A stretch of 64,000 nt of DNA from Acidobacteriota bacterium (GTDB lineage Bacteria > Acidobacteriota > Thermoanaerobaculia > Gp7-AA8), in NCBI GenBank assembly GCA_019247495.1, contig JAFAOU010000081.1, positions 3,410-67,409 on the forward strand. The letters are read 5' to 3'. The position numbers and the translations under genes were made by a program. Shown in pieces: positions 1 through 7,814 of the stretch (its first letter is position 1; every line of letters begins with the position of its first letter). The notes under the pieces were generated by a model, which saw only the letters and a list, made by a program, of their open reading frames with translations, was not told the origin of the DNA and did no database searches.

Positions 1-14
1 TCTCCTACGCCTTT

Positions 15-50
15 CTAATCTACTAGTCCACTAATCTACTAATCTACTGG
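15..50. repeat. Right arm of a GATTAGT-unit hairpin element; the left arm lies beyond the window edge
   Basis: CTAATCTACTAGTCCACTAATCTACTAATCTACTGG is the reverse complement of tandem GATTAGT-like units. Same family as 29594-29694 and 60422-60507. The arm ends 6 nt before the ATG at 57. Confidence 0.6.
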
Positions 51-56
51 CACTAC

Positions 57-1292
57 ATGAAGCTCATCATCCAAATCCCCGCCTTCAACGAAGAAGCGAC
101 GATCGCTCAGACGCTTCGCGACATTCCGAAGAAGATCGACGGCATCACCGCCATCGAAACCGTCGTCATCGATGACGGTTCCTCCGACAATACTGCCGAC
201 GCCGCGCGCAAGGCCGGCGCGACGCATGTCGTCCAGCTCAAGACGCATCGCGGCCTCGCATCCGCGTTCCTGGCCGGCATCAACGCCGCCCTCCGCCTCG
301 GCGCCGACATCATCGTCAACACCGACGCCGACAATCAGTACGCCGGCGCCGACATCCCGAAACTGATCGCCCCGATCGTGCGCGGCAGCGCGGACGTCGT
401 GATCGGCGACCGCGAAGTGTCCAAATCGCCGCACATGTCGGGATTCAAGCGCCTCCTGCAACGCCTCGGCAGCCGAACAGTGGGTCTCGCCTCCGGCATT
501 CGCGTCGGCGACGTCACCAGCGGTTTCCGCGCCTTCTCGCGCGACGCAGCCATGCAGATCAACGTCTTCAACCCCTTCACCTACACGCTCGAAACGATCA
601 TTCAGGCGGGCAACCGCAACCTCGGCGTGCAATCCGTGCCGGTGCGCACGAACGCGCCGACGCGCCCGTCGCGCCTCTATCGCGGCCTCGGCACGTACAT
701 GCGCAAATCGGTCGCCACGATTTTCCGCATCTACACGATCTACAAGCCGCTCAAAACGTTCTTCGCCATCGGATCGATCCTGATGCTCGCCGGCGCCTCT
801 CTCGGCATCCGCTTCCTCTGGGACTTCGCGCACGGCGACCGCGGCGGCCACATTCAGTCGCTGATCCTGGCCGCCGTCTTTCTCATCATCGGCTTCCAGA
901 CGCTCCTCATCGCGCTGGTCGCTGACCTGATCTCCGTCAATCGCCGCCTCAGCGAAGAAGTCCTCGTGCGCATGAAGCGGATGGAGATGCCGGCGTCCGA
1001 GCGCCGCCCGATTCCCCACCGCGTCCCTCGCGAACCGCGAACGGCAACACGTCCTCCATTCCCGAAACGCGAGCGCCCCGAGCGCCCCGAGGCCAAGCCG
1101 CCATCGACGCAGTGGGTATGGCTTCTCGACGAAGACAAACTTCAGGACCGCGGCGTCAAACCCGGCCCGATCACCGAACCCGATCTGGACGACGACATGC
1201 CCGACCAGCCCGCAACTCCCGCCGGCCCACGCCGCCGCCGTCGCCGCCGCGGCGGATCGCGTCCCGGCAACTCCGAGCCGCCGACGTCGTAG
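57..1292 (+). CDS. Family 2 glycosyltransferase, polyprenol-phosphate sugar synthase-like (GtrB/DPM1 type), with two C-terminal TM helices and a Pro/Arg-rich tail
   Basis: 411 aa. GT-A motifs 'IQIPAFNEE', 'VVIDDGSSDNT', 'TDADNQY'. Two hydrophobic helices (FAIGSILMLAGASLGIRF; LILAAVFLIIGFQTLLIALVADLI). Coding-like high GC3. Confidence 0.8.
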   Translation: MKLIIQIPAFNEEATIAQTLRDIPKKIDGITAIETVVIDDGSSDNTADAARKAGATHVVQLKTHRGLASAFLAGINAALRLGADIIVNTDADNQYAGADIPKLIAPIVRGSADVVIGDREVSKSPHMSGFKRLLQRLGSRTVGLASGIRVGDVTSGFRAFSRDAAMQINVFNPFTYTLETIIQAGNRNLGVQSVPVRTNAPTRPSRLYRGLGTYMRKSVATIFRIYTIYKPLKTFFAIGSILMLAGASLGIRFLWDFAHGDRGGHIQSLILAAVFLIIGFQTLLIALVADLISVNRRLSEEVLVRMKRMEMPASERRPIPHRVPREPRTATRPPFPKRERPERPEAKPPSTQWVWLLDEDKLQDRGVKPGPITEPDLDDDMPDQPATPAGPRRRRRRRGGSRPGNSEPPTS

Positions 1293-1342
1293 CGTTCCTC
1301 CGCGCCCCCGCGCCTCCGCGTGAAAAGTGCGACACTTCGCGC

Positions 1343-2914
1343 ATGCACGCCATTGCATTCGCGATCTCTCTTCTCCTCGCCCAGATGGAGCAGCACGACC
1401 ATCACGCCGAGGGTGCTGAGCGACTAGGGACGGTCAGCTTCCCGATCAGCTGCACTCCCGCCGCGCAGGCCAAATTCGCGCGCGCGGTCGCGTTGCTGCA
1501 TTCGTTCTGGTACGAGGAAGCGGAGAAGGCGTTCAACGAGACGGCGACCATCGATCCGCAGTGCGGGATGGCGTGGTGGGGCGCGGCGATGAGCAACTAC
1601 CACCCCGTTTGGCCGAGTCCCTATTCGCCTGCGGAGTTGGCGCGCGGAGTCGCGGCGGCAGCGAAGGCGAAAGCAATCGGCGCGAAGACCGATCGCGAGA
1701 AGGGGTATATCGATGCGATCACCGCGTTCTATACCGACGTCGATCACGCCGATCTCAACACCCGCGCCCGCGCCTACGAAGCGGGCATGCAGCGCGTCAC
1801 GACCGCCAATCCAAGTGACGACGAAGCGGCCATTTTCTACGGCCTATCGCTCATCGCGCACGGCATGTCGATGCCGACGGACAAGACATACGCGTACCAG
1901 AAACAGGCGGCGGAGATTTTCAACCGGCTGCTGAAAACGCATCCCGATCATCCCGGCATCGCGCACTACCTGATCCACTCCTTCGACTATCCCGCGCTCG
2001 CGCCGCTCGCGCTCAACGCCGCGTACGCGTATGCGAAGATCGCTCCGTCATCGCCGCACGCGCTCCATATGCCGTCGCACATCTTCGTGCGCCTCGGCAT
2101 GTGGCCGGAGACGATCGATTCGAATCTGAAGTCGTCGAACGCGGCGCGCGAGCACGCGGCGCACGCACATCCGGGCGCCGTCTCGTTCGACAACCTTCAC
2201 GCGTCCGACTATCTCGCCTACGCCTACCTCCAACTTGGCCAGGACGCGCCGGTCCGGCAATTAGTGGACGAACTGGCGGCAATCAAATCGCTCGACGTCG
2301 AGAACTTCGCCGGGTACTACGCGATGGCGTCCGTTCCCGCGCGATACGCGCTGGAGAGGAAGCGCTGGTCGGATGCGGCGGCGCTCACCGTGCGTCCTGC
2401 GAATTTTCCGTGGGATCGCTACGCGTACGCCGAGGCCGTAACGTATTTCGCGTCGGGTATGGGCAAAGCGCGCGGCGGCAATCCCGCCGCCGCACACGCG
2501 GACATCGAACAACTAAAGCGGCTGCGGCAGATGCTGCTCGATCAGAAAAATGCGTATTGGGCCGATCAGGTCACCGTGCAGATCGAGGCCGTCGATGGCT
2601 GGACTGCGCATGCCGAGGGGCATGAGGATGTCGCGGAAGCAGCGCTTCGCAAGGCGGCCGATCTCGAAGACTCGATGGACAAGAGTCCCGTCACGCCCGG
2701 CTCGATCCTCCCCGCACGCGAGATGCTCGGCGATTTTCTTCTGGCGACGAATCGCCCTCAAGAGGCGCTCGATGCCTACGAACGGTCGTTGAAAGATTCG
2801 CCGGGACGATTGAACGGACTCTCCGGCGCCGCACACGCCGCGCAACTAGCCGGCGATCGCGACAAGGCACGGATGTACTACACGCAGGTCGCGAAGCTGC
2901 TCCAATCGCCTTGA
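1343..2914 (+). CDS. TPR-like helical-repeat protein, probably exported
   Basis: The frame is open from 1112, but the first 77 codons overlap the GT2 tail and are Arg-rich. The ATG at 1343 is followed by a hydrophobic N-terminus (MHAIAFAISLLLA). TPR-like C-terminus 'ALDAYERSLKDSPGRLNGLSGAAHAAQLAGDRDKARMYY'. Confidence 0.6.
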   Translation: MHAIAFAISLLLAQMEQHDHHAEGAERLGTVSFPISCTPAAQAKFARAVALLHSFWYEEAEKAFNETATIDPQCGMAWWGAAMSNYHPVWPSPYSPAELARGVAAAAKAKAIGAKTDREKGYIDAITAFYTDVDHADLNTRARAYEAGMQRVTTANPSDDEAAIFYGLSLIAHGMSMPTDKTYAYQKQAAEIFNRLLKTHPDHPGIAHYLIHSFDYPALAPLALNAAYAYAKIAPSSPHALHMPSHIFVRLGMWPETIDSNLKSSNAAREHAAHAHPGAVSFDNLHASDYLAYAYLQLGQDAPVRQLVDELAAIKSLDVENFAGYYAMASVPARYALERKRWSDAAALTVRPANFPWDRYAYAEAVTYFASGMGKARGGNPAAAHADIEQLKRLRQMLLDQKNAYWADQVTVQIEAVDGWTAHAEGHEDVAEAALRKAADLEDSMDKSPVTPGSILPAREMLGDFLLATNRPQEALDAYERSLKDSPGRLNGLSGAAHAAQLAGDRDKARMYYTQVAKLLQSP

Positions 2915-3092
2915 GCGCTGCGTGCGCCGTCGGAGCGCTGGCGTCCTCGCCGGCTGGCTCGGCGGCGTCTCGCCGCCGAATCGGAGGCAGGCGCCAGCGT
3001 CGTCGTTACCAGCAAATGTTGAGGGTTTGCCGGTTCGGCAGCGAGGACGCAGCCGGGCCAGCCGGCGAGGACGCCAGCGTTCCGTTGCGCGC
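2915..3092. repeat. Long-stem hairpin element, copy A (~49-bp imperfect stem, conserved 25-nt apex)
   Basis: Left arm 2932-2980 pairs with right arm 3034-3083. The apex GTTACCAGCAAATGTTGAGGGTTTG is identical to copy B (58233-58390). It fills the whole spacer between two convergent stop codons (2912-2914 and 3093-3095). Confidence 0.85.
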
Positions 3093-3887
3093 TTACGAGT
3101 ACACGCTGATGAATCGCGCCGTCAGCGCGGCCGCCATCGTCAGCTCGAACGGTACGTGTACGAGTGGGTGGATGGCGTTGTAGGTGTGGCTGGCGTTGGC
3201 GATGATCACGTGCGACGGATCGTCCGCGTACGACACGATTTCGGCTGATTCCGCAACCGGCACGCTCTCGTCGCGCGCGCCGTGAATGACCAGGATCGGG
3301 TGCTCGATCTGCGTCACGCATTTGAGAATGTCCAGACGATCGCGATTCGCTTCGATGTCGTCGAGCATGCGCGGCGACATCCGCATCATCTGTTTGGTGC
3401 GCGTGTTCTCGGCCTCGAGGTAACCGATGCGGCGCCACAACTTCTTCGTGTCGTCGTCCCAGCGGTCGGTGTGCGAGATCGCGCTCCACGTGACGATGCC
3501 GCTCAGGTTCTCGATGCCATTCGCCGCCAGCAGCGACACGCCGCCGCCGCGCGAGTGGCCGACAAGAAACGTAGGAGCGTCGATGCGCTGCTGCGCGTAG
3601 CGCACGACTTTCTGCAAGTCGGCGATCTGACCCGAATACGTATCGTCGGCAAACAGATCGAGGCGATCGAACGTCTCAGGGTTCTCGTCGATCCCGCTGC
3701 GCGACATGTTGAAGCGGCAGACGGCGAAGCGATGATTGCAGAGCGTCTCGCCGAGCCACGGAAAGAAGCCCCAATCCTTGAATCCTTTGAACCCGTGCAC
3801 GATGACGGCAAGCGCCTTCGCTCCCGGCGGGATGTCGAGATCGCCGCGGATCGGAAGCCCTTCGTCGCTGAGGATGGTGAACTGCAT
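3093..3887 (-). CDS. Alpha/beta-fold hydrolase
   Basis: 264 aa. Nucleophile elbow 'GHSRGG', 'VIVHGFKGFKD' oxyanion region, C-terminal 'HGARDESV ... ASHTYN' Asp/His region. Confidence 0.8.
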   Translation of the reverse strand: MQFTILSDEGLPIRGDLDIPPGAKALAVIVHGFKGFKDWGFFPWLGETLCNHRFAVCRFNMSRSGIDENPETFDRLDLFADDTYSGQIADLQKVVRYAQQRIDAPTFLVGHSRGGGVSLLAANGIENLSGIVTWSAISHTDRWDDDTKKLWRRIGYLEAENTRTKQMMRMSPRMLDDIEANRDRLDILKCVTQIEHPILVIHGARDESVPVAESAEIVSYADDPSHVIIANASHTYNAIHPLVHVPFELTMAAALTARFISVYS

Positions 3888-3900
3888 ATCAGTTGGTCCC

Positions 3901-4101
3901 TGTCATCCTGAGCCGCCGGAGGCGTTGGAGCGCGAAGCGCGGAACGCCGGAGGACGGCGAAGGAACTCAAGGTGCGCCACTTTTGCTGGAACCCGCTTGA
4001 TGATCACGGGCTTCGGCAAAGACCACGTAACTTGAGATCCTTAACCGTCCTGCGCCGTTCCGTCGCTTCGCGACGCCCGGCTCCGGCGGTTCAGGATGAC
4101 A
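3901..4101. repeat. MITE-like palindromic element with ~70-bp imperfect terminal inverted repeats (TGTCATCCTGAG...CTCAGGATGACA type)
   Basis: The left end TGTCATCCTGAGCCGCCGGAG... (from 3901) mirrors the right end ...CTCCGGCGGTTCAGGATGACA (to 4101). The arms stay similar for about 70 nt around a ~60-nt unique core. No ORF with transposase features. Confidence 0.75.
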
Positions 4102-4103
4102 AC

Positions 4104-5198
4104 TCACACATTGAATCGGAACAGGATCACGTCTCCGTCCTGCACCACGTAATCTTTTCCTTCGCTGCGCATCTTCCCGGCAGACTTCGCTGCCTGCTCG
4201 CCGCCGAGGGCGATGTAGTCGTCGTAGGCGATCGTTTCGGCGCGGATGAAACCGCGTTCGAAATCGCTGTGGATCTTGCCGGCTGCCTGCGGACCTTTCG
4301 AGCCGCGTTCGATGGTCCAGGCACGCGCTTCCTTCGGGCCGGCGGTGAAAAACGTTTCGAGGTTGAGGAGCTTGTACGCGGCGCGGATCAGGACGTTCAA
4401 TCCCGGCTCTTCGAGTCCCATCTCCTGCAAAAAGTCAGCTCGCTCAGCGGGAGGAAGATCGGAAATCTGCGCCTCGAGCTCGCCGCAGATGACGACCACC
4501 TCCCCCTTTTTCTCGGCGGCGATGGCGCGGACTTTCTGCAGCAGCGGCGTTTCCTTGCCGAGGTCGGATTCGGCAACGTTGGCGACGTAGAGGACCGGCT
4601 TGAGCGTGATGAGGTTCAACTCGCGCAGCGACTCGCGCTCTTCGTCGGTGAAATCGACCGCGCGCAACGGCGTCCCCTTGTCCGCCGCCGCTTTCGCCTT
4701 TTCCAGCGCCTCGGCCTGCGCGACGTACTCTTTCTGGCCGACGCGAGCCAGACGTCCGACGCGATCGATCTTCTTGCCGACGGCATCCATGTCGGCCAGC
4801 AGCAACTCGGTCTCGATCACTTCGATGTCGCGCTCGGGATCGACGGAGCCTTCGACGTGAACGACGTTCGGATCGTCGAAGCAGCGGACGACGTGGAGGA
4901 TGGCGTCGGTCTCGCGGATGTTGGCGAGGAACTGGTTGCCGAGCCCCTCCCCTTTCGACGCGCCGCGCACGAGGCCGGCGATGTCGACGACTTTGAGGTC
5001 GGTGTAGACGGTCTGCTTGCTCTGCGCGAGCACGGCCAGCTTGTCGAGGCGCGCATCGACGACCGGCACGATGCCGACGTTCGGTTCGATGGTGCAGAAA
5101 GGATAGTTCGCGCTCTGCGCCCCGGCGGCCGTGAGCGCATTGAAGATCGTCGACTTGCCCACGTTCGGCAGCCCGACGATTCCGACAGAAAGACCCAT
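4104..5198 (-). CDS. ychF: Ribosome-binding ATPase YchF (Obg-family)
   Basis: 364 aa. P-loop '[18 protein letters not shown]'. YchF-type coiled-coil insert and C-terminal TGS-like '[16 protein letters not shown]'. Confidence 0.95.
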   Translation of the reverse strand: MGLSVGIVGLPNVGKSTIFNALTAAGAQSANYPFCTIEPNVGIVPVVDARLDKLAVLAQSKQTVYTDLKVVDIAGLVRGASKGEGLGNQFLANIRETDAILHVVRCFDDPNVVHVEGSVDPERDIEVIETELLLADMDAVGKKIDRVGRLARVGQKEYVAQAEALEKAKAAADKGTPLRAVDFTDEERESLRELNLITLKPVLYVANVAESDLGKETPLLQKVRAIAAEKKGEVVVICGELEAQISDLPPAERADFLQEMGLEEPGLNVLIRAAYKLLNLETFFTAGPKEARAWTIERGSKGPQAAGKIHSDFERGFIRAETIAYDDYIALGGEQAAKSAGKMRSEGKDYVVQDGDVILFRFNV

Positions 5199-5259
5199 GT
5201 GTGTCGTGACTCCTTAGTTCGCGACGACGAACGGATGAGGAAGGCTCGCGATTCCTCGC

Positions 5260-5333
5260 GAAGTGGTCAGTGGCTAGCGGCCAGTGGTCAGTCGGGAGAA
5301 GTTCTGGCCACTGACCACTGGCCACTGGCCACT
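5260..5333. repeat. CCAGTGG-unit hairpin
   Basis: The left arm (tandem GTGGTCA/GTGGCTA/GCGGCCA units, 5260-5294) pairs with the right arm TGGCCACTGACCACTGGCCACTGGCCACT (5305-5333). The inner stem is 5281-5294 / 5308-5321. It overlaps the last codons of glk. Confidence 0.8.
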
Positions 5334-6274
5334 CTCATCGCCATCTCCGCCGCGCCGAGCAGTCCCACTTTCGGATTCGTGATGAGGTTCACCGGGATCG
5401 CGGCGAGGATGTTCTGGAAGCGTCCCTTGCGCAGGAAGGCGGCCATGAACTTGCCATCGGTGAACCGATCGACGTTCTTCGCGGCGACGCCGCCGGCGAG
5501 GTAGACGCCGCCGCGGGCGAGCAGCCGCAGCGCCATGTTCCCCGCCTCGGCACCGTAGATGTCGACGAAGATGGCGAACGTTCGCGCCGCAGTCGGGTCG
5601 CCCTCCGCGAGCGCTTTGGCGATCTCCATCGGCAGCGTTTCGTCGTACGGCCGATCGTGGCCCGACAAGAAGTTGTGGATGTTTACCAGCCCCATACCCG
5701 ACAGCAATCGCTCCCAACTGACATGACCGTACTTCGGGTGCAGATTCAAAAAGAGTTGCGTCTGCTCTTCATCCTGCGGCGCGAAATCGGCGTGACCGCC
5801 TTCTGACGGAACGACGTTCCACTTCATCCCGTCGTGGACGAGGTTCGCTTCGCCGAGGCCGGTGCCGGCGCCGAGGATGGCGATGGGAGCGAAGTTGACG
5901 CGCTTGCCGGCGTTGAGAACGATGAAATCGGCAGCCGCGAGAATCGGGACGCCGAGAGCAACGGCGTAGAAGTCGTTGATGAGGCTCACCCGTCCGATCG
6001 AAAACTGTTTCACCAACGCCAGCGCGTCGATCTTCCATGTCAGATTCGTGACCTCGGCGCGATCGGCGAACACTGGTCCGGCCACCGCAAAGCACGCGGC
6101 ATCGATCGACGCCGGAGCGTGTTCGCTTACAAACTCATCGAGCATCGCGTCGAACGTCGCATACGCCTTACTCTCGTAGCGTTGCTCCGCGATGACGGTA
6201 CGTCCGGCTTGCGATGCATCCACCAACTGCAGCAGAACCTTCGTCCCGCCGATGTCTCCCGCGACGATTTTCAT
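5288..6274 (-). CDS. glk: Glucokinase
   Basis: 328 aa. N-terminal ATP-binding 'KIVAGDIGGTKVLLQL' and Glk-family length and layout. The last ~14 residues (VASGQWSVARTSPD) are encoded by the hairpin repeat. Confidence 0.85.
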   Translation of the reverse strand: MKIVAGDIGGTKVLLQLVDASQAGRTVIAEQRYESKAYATFDAMLDEFVSEHAPASIDAACFAVAGPVFADRAEVTNLTWKIDALALVKQFSIGRVSLINDFYAVALGVPILAAADFIVLNAGKRVNFAPIAILGAGTGLGEANLVHDGMKWNVVPSEGGHADFAPQDEEQTQLFLNLHPKYGHVSWERLLSGMGLVNIHNFLSGHDRPYDETLPMEIAKALAEGDPTAARTFAIFVDIYGAEAGNMALRLLARGGVYLAGGVAAKNVDRFTDGKFMAAFLRKGRFQNILAAIPVNLITNPKVGLLGAAEMAMRVASGQWSVARTSPD

Positions 6275-6328
6275 GCGCGGTAGTTTTGCACAGGAGATGG
6301 TTTCACGCGGAGACGCGGAGGCGCCGAG

Positions 6329-6820
6329 TTACATCGCCTCGTCCGCGCTCGTGCCGTAGATCGCGGGCAACGGCACGTCGAGCAGCCGCAGGTAGACCGA
6401 GAGCTGGCCGCGGTGGTGATAGCTGTGATTCATCATCACCGAGCGGATGAAGACGATCTTCCGCGTTTCGTTGAGGACGTCGCCGTTGCGCGAGATCGTG
6501 AACGGCGCTTTCAGCGCGTCATCGTCCATCCCTGCCAGCGTCGATTGGATCGCGGCGAGATTGCGGCGGAACGTCTCCACGAATTCGGGATTCTCCGGCA
6601 TCGGTTGCGGGCCGCCGTTCTTGATGTCGAACTTCCCCTCGGATACCAGCCGAACCGCGATCGACGGGATCGAAACCAGGTGCCAGGCCAGCCGGCCGAG
6701 CGTCAACGACTTCGGGTGCGGCGTCCAATCGAGTTTGTCGAGCGGGACGCGTTCCAGCATCCGCACCGTCGATTTCCCCTCCAGTTCGAGTTCCGCGATC
6801 AGGGCATTAGCGAGCGGCAT
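6329..6820 (-). CDS. DinB-family (YfiT-like) protein
   Basis: 163 aa. DinB-like four-helix-bundle pattern with His-rich 'MMNHSYHHRGQL' near the C-terminus. Confidence 0.75.
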   Translation of the reverse strand: MPLANALIAELELEGKSTVRMLERVPLDKLDWTPHPKSLTLGRLAWHLVSIPSIAVRLVSEGKFDIKNGGPQPMPENPEFVETFRRNLAAIQSTLAGMDDDALKAPFTISRNGDVLNETRKIVFIRSVMMNHSYHHRGQLSVYLRLLDVPLPAIYGTSADEAM

Positions 6821-6835
6821 TCAATTCCTCCGGCG

Positions 6836-7720
6836 TCATGATATCGGCGCCGCCGGAATGTCGCCCGGCGGAAAACCGAAGCTGATACGGATCGCGGCGT
6901 ACTCCGGATGCACGGATCCGGATTTCGTGCGGATGATCAGCGGCGGCTCGATCCACGCTTCGCGTCCGGGCGGGAGGTCGGCGGCGCGCATCGCGGCGAA
7001 GAGGGAGATCATCGGCGGCTCACCTTCTTTGAAGACGACATCACGACGCCGCAGCAGCACGAGTCCATTCGCCGCCAGCGCCTGCTCGGCACGTCCGCGC
7101 TGGATAAATGGGAAGACGAAGACGAACATCCCGCCCGTCGCAAGGATTCGTGCCGCCGCGGCCGCGTAGTCCGCAACCGACCCGCGGATTTCCATTCGCG
7201 CCGGAACCGCCTGCGGATGCGCGGCTCCCGTCGCCGCGGACGCATGCCAGTACGGCGGCGAGCCGGTCACGAGATCGAACGGCGGTTCGTCAGCGAGGAC
7301 TGACGAATCACGCAGGTCGCCTTCATACACCGTGAAGCGCGCCTCGAGGCCGTTGTAGCGGATGCTCTTGCGCGCCAATCGCGCTGACATCGCCTGCGCC
7401 TCGACCGTGCAGAACGTTGCAGCGGGAAGGCGCCACGCGCAGATGAGCGCCACGGATCCGATGCCCGACCCGAGGTCCGCGGCGCGGGAGACGCGCGGAG
7501 CCCATTGGGTCGCGTACCAGGCGGTCAGAACATCGTCAGTCGAATAGCGATGACCGCGCTCGTACTGGAAGATGCGGAACCAGCCGCAGAGGTAGTCGAG
7601 CGACTCGCCGTCCTCGACCTCGACACAGCGCGGAGGCAACGGTCCGGGCCGCTTCCATCCTCGGTATTCAACATCGTCGTCATCGTGCAATAAACGAAAG
7701 CCTCCCGGCGTCAATATCAC
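6836..7720 (-). CDS. SAM-dependent methyltransferase, TrmN6/YfiC-like (N6-adenine type motif IV)
   Basis: 294 aa. Motif I 'AADLGSGIGSVAL'. Motif IV 'TGSPPYW' ((N/D/S)PPY class). Confidence 0.7.
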   Translation of the reverse strand: MILTPGGFRLLHDDDDVEYRGWKRPGPLPPRCVEVEDGESLDYLCGWFRIFQYERGHRYSTDDVLTAWYATQWAPRVSRAADLGSGIGSVALICAWRLPAATFCTVEAQAMSARLARKSIRYNGLEARFTVYEGDLRDSSVLADEPPFDLVTGSPPYWHASAATGAAHPQAVPARMEIRGSVADYAAAAARILATGGMFVFVFPFIQRGRAEQALAANGLVLLRRRDVVFKEGEPPMISLFAAMRAADLPPGREAWIEPPLIIRTKSGSVHPEYAAIRISFGFPPGDIPAAPIS

Positions 7721-7814
7721 GACAAGGGAGGAGCGAAGAAGTAGTACGCTCGTTCCTCATCCCACATCCCTCGTTTCAATTCGCACTACCTACAAAACCA
7801 CAAGGAGGCATCAT

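Noticed and set aside
1112-1342. N-terminal 77-codon extension of the TPR-like ORF
   Set aside because: It overlaps the GT2 3' end in another frame and is Arg/Pro-rich. The ATG at 1343 gives a signal-like N-terminus.
39-1358. 439-aa ORF on the minus strand, covering the whole GT2 gene
   Set aside because: It is Arg/Gly/Ala-rich with no motifs, and it lies fully antisense to a gene with clear GT2 motifs. This is a typical shadow ORF of high-GC DNA.
3972-5504. 510-aa plus-strand ORF spanning the MITE-like element, ychF and the glk 3' end
   Set aside because: It is antisense to two unambiguous housekeeping genes and has low-complexity Arg/Asp/Gly/Leu composition.
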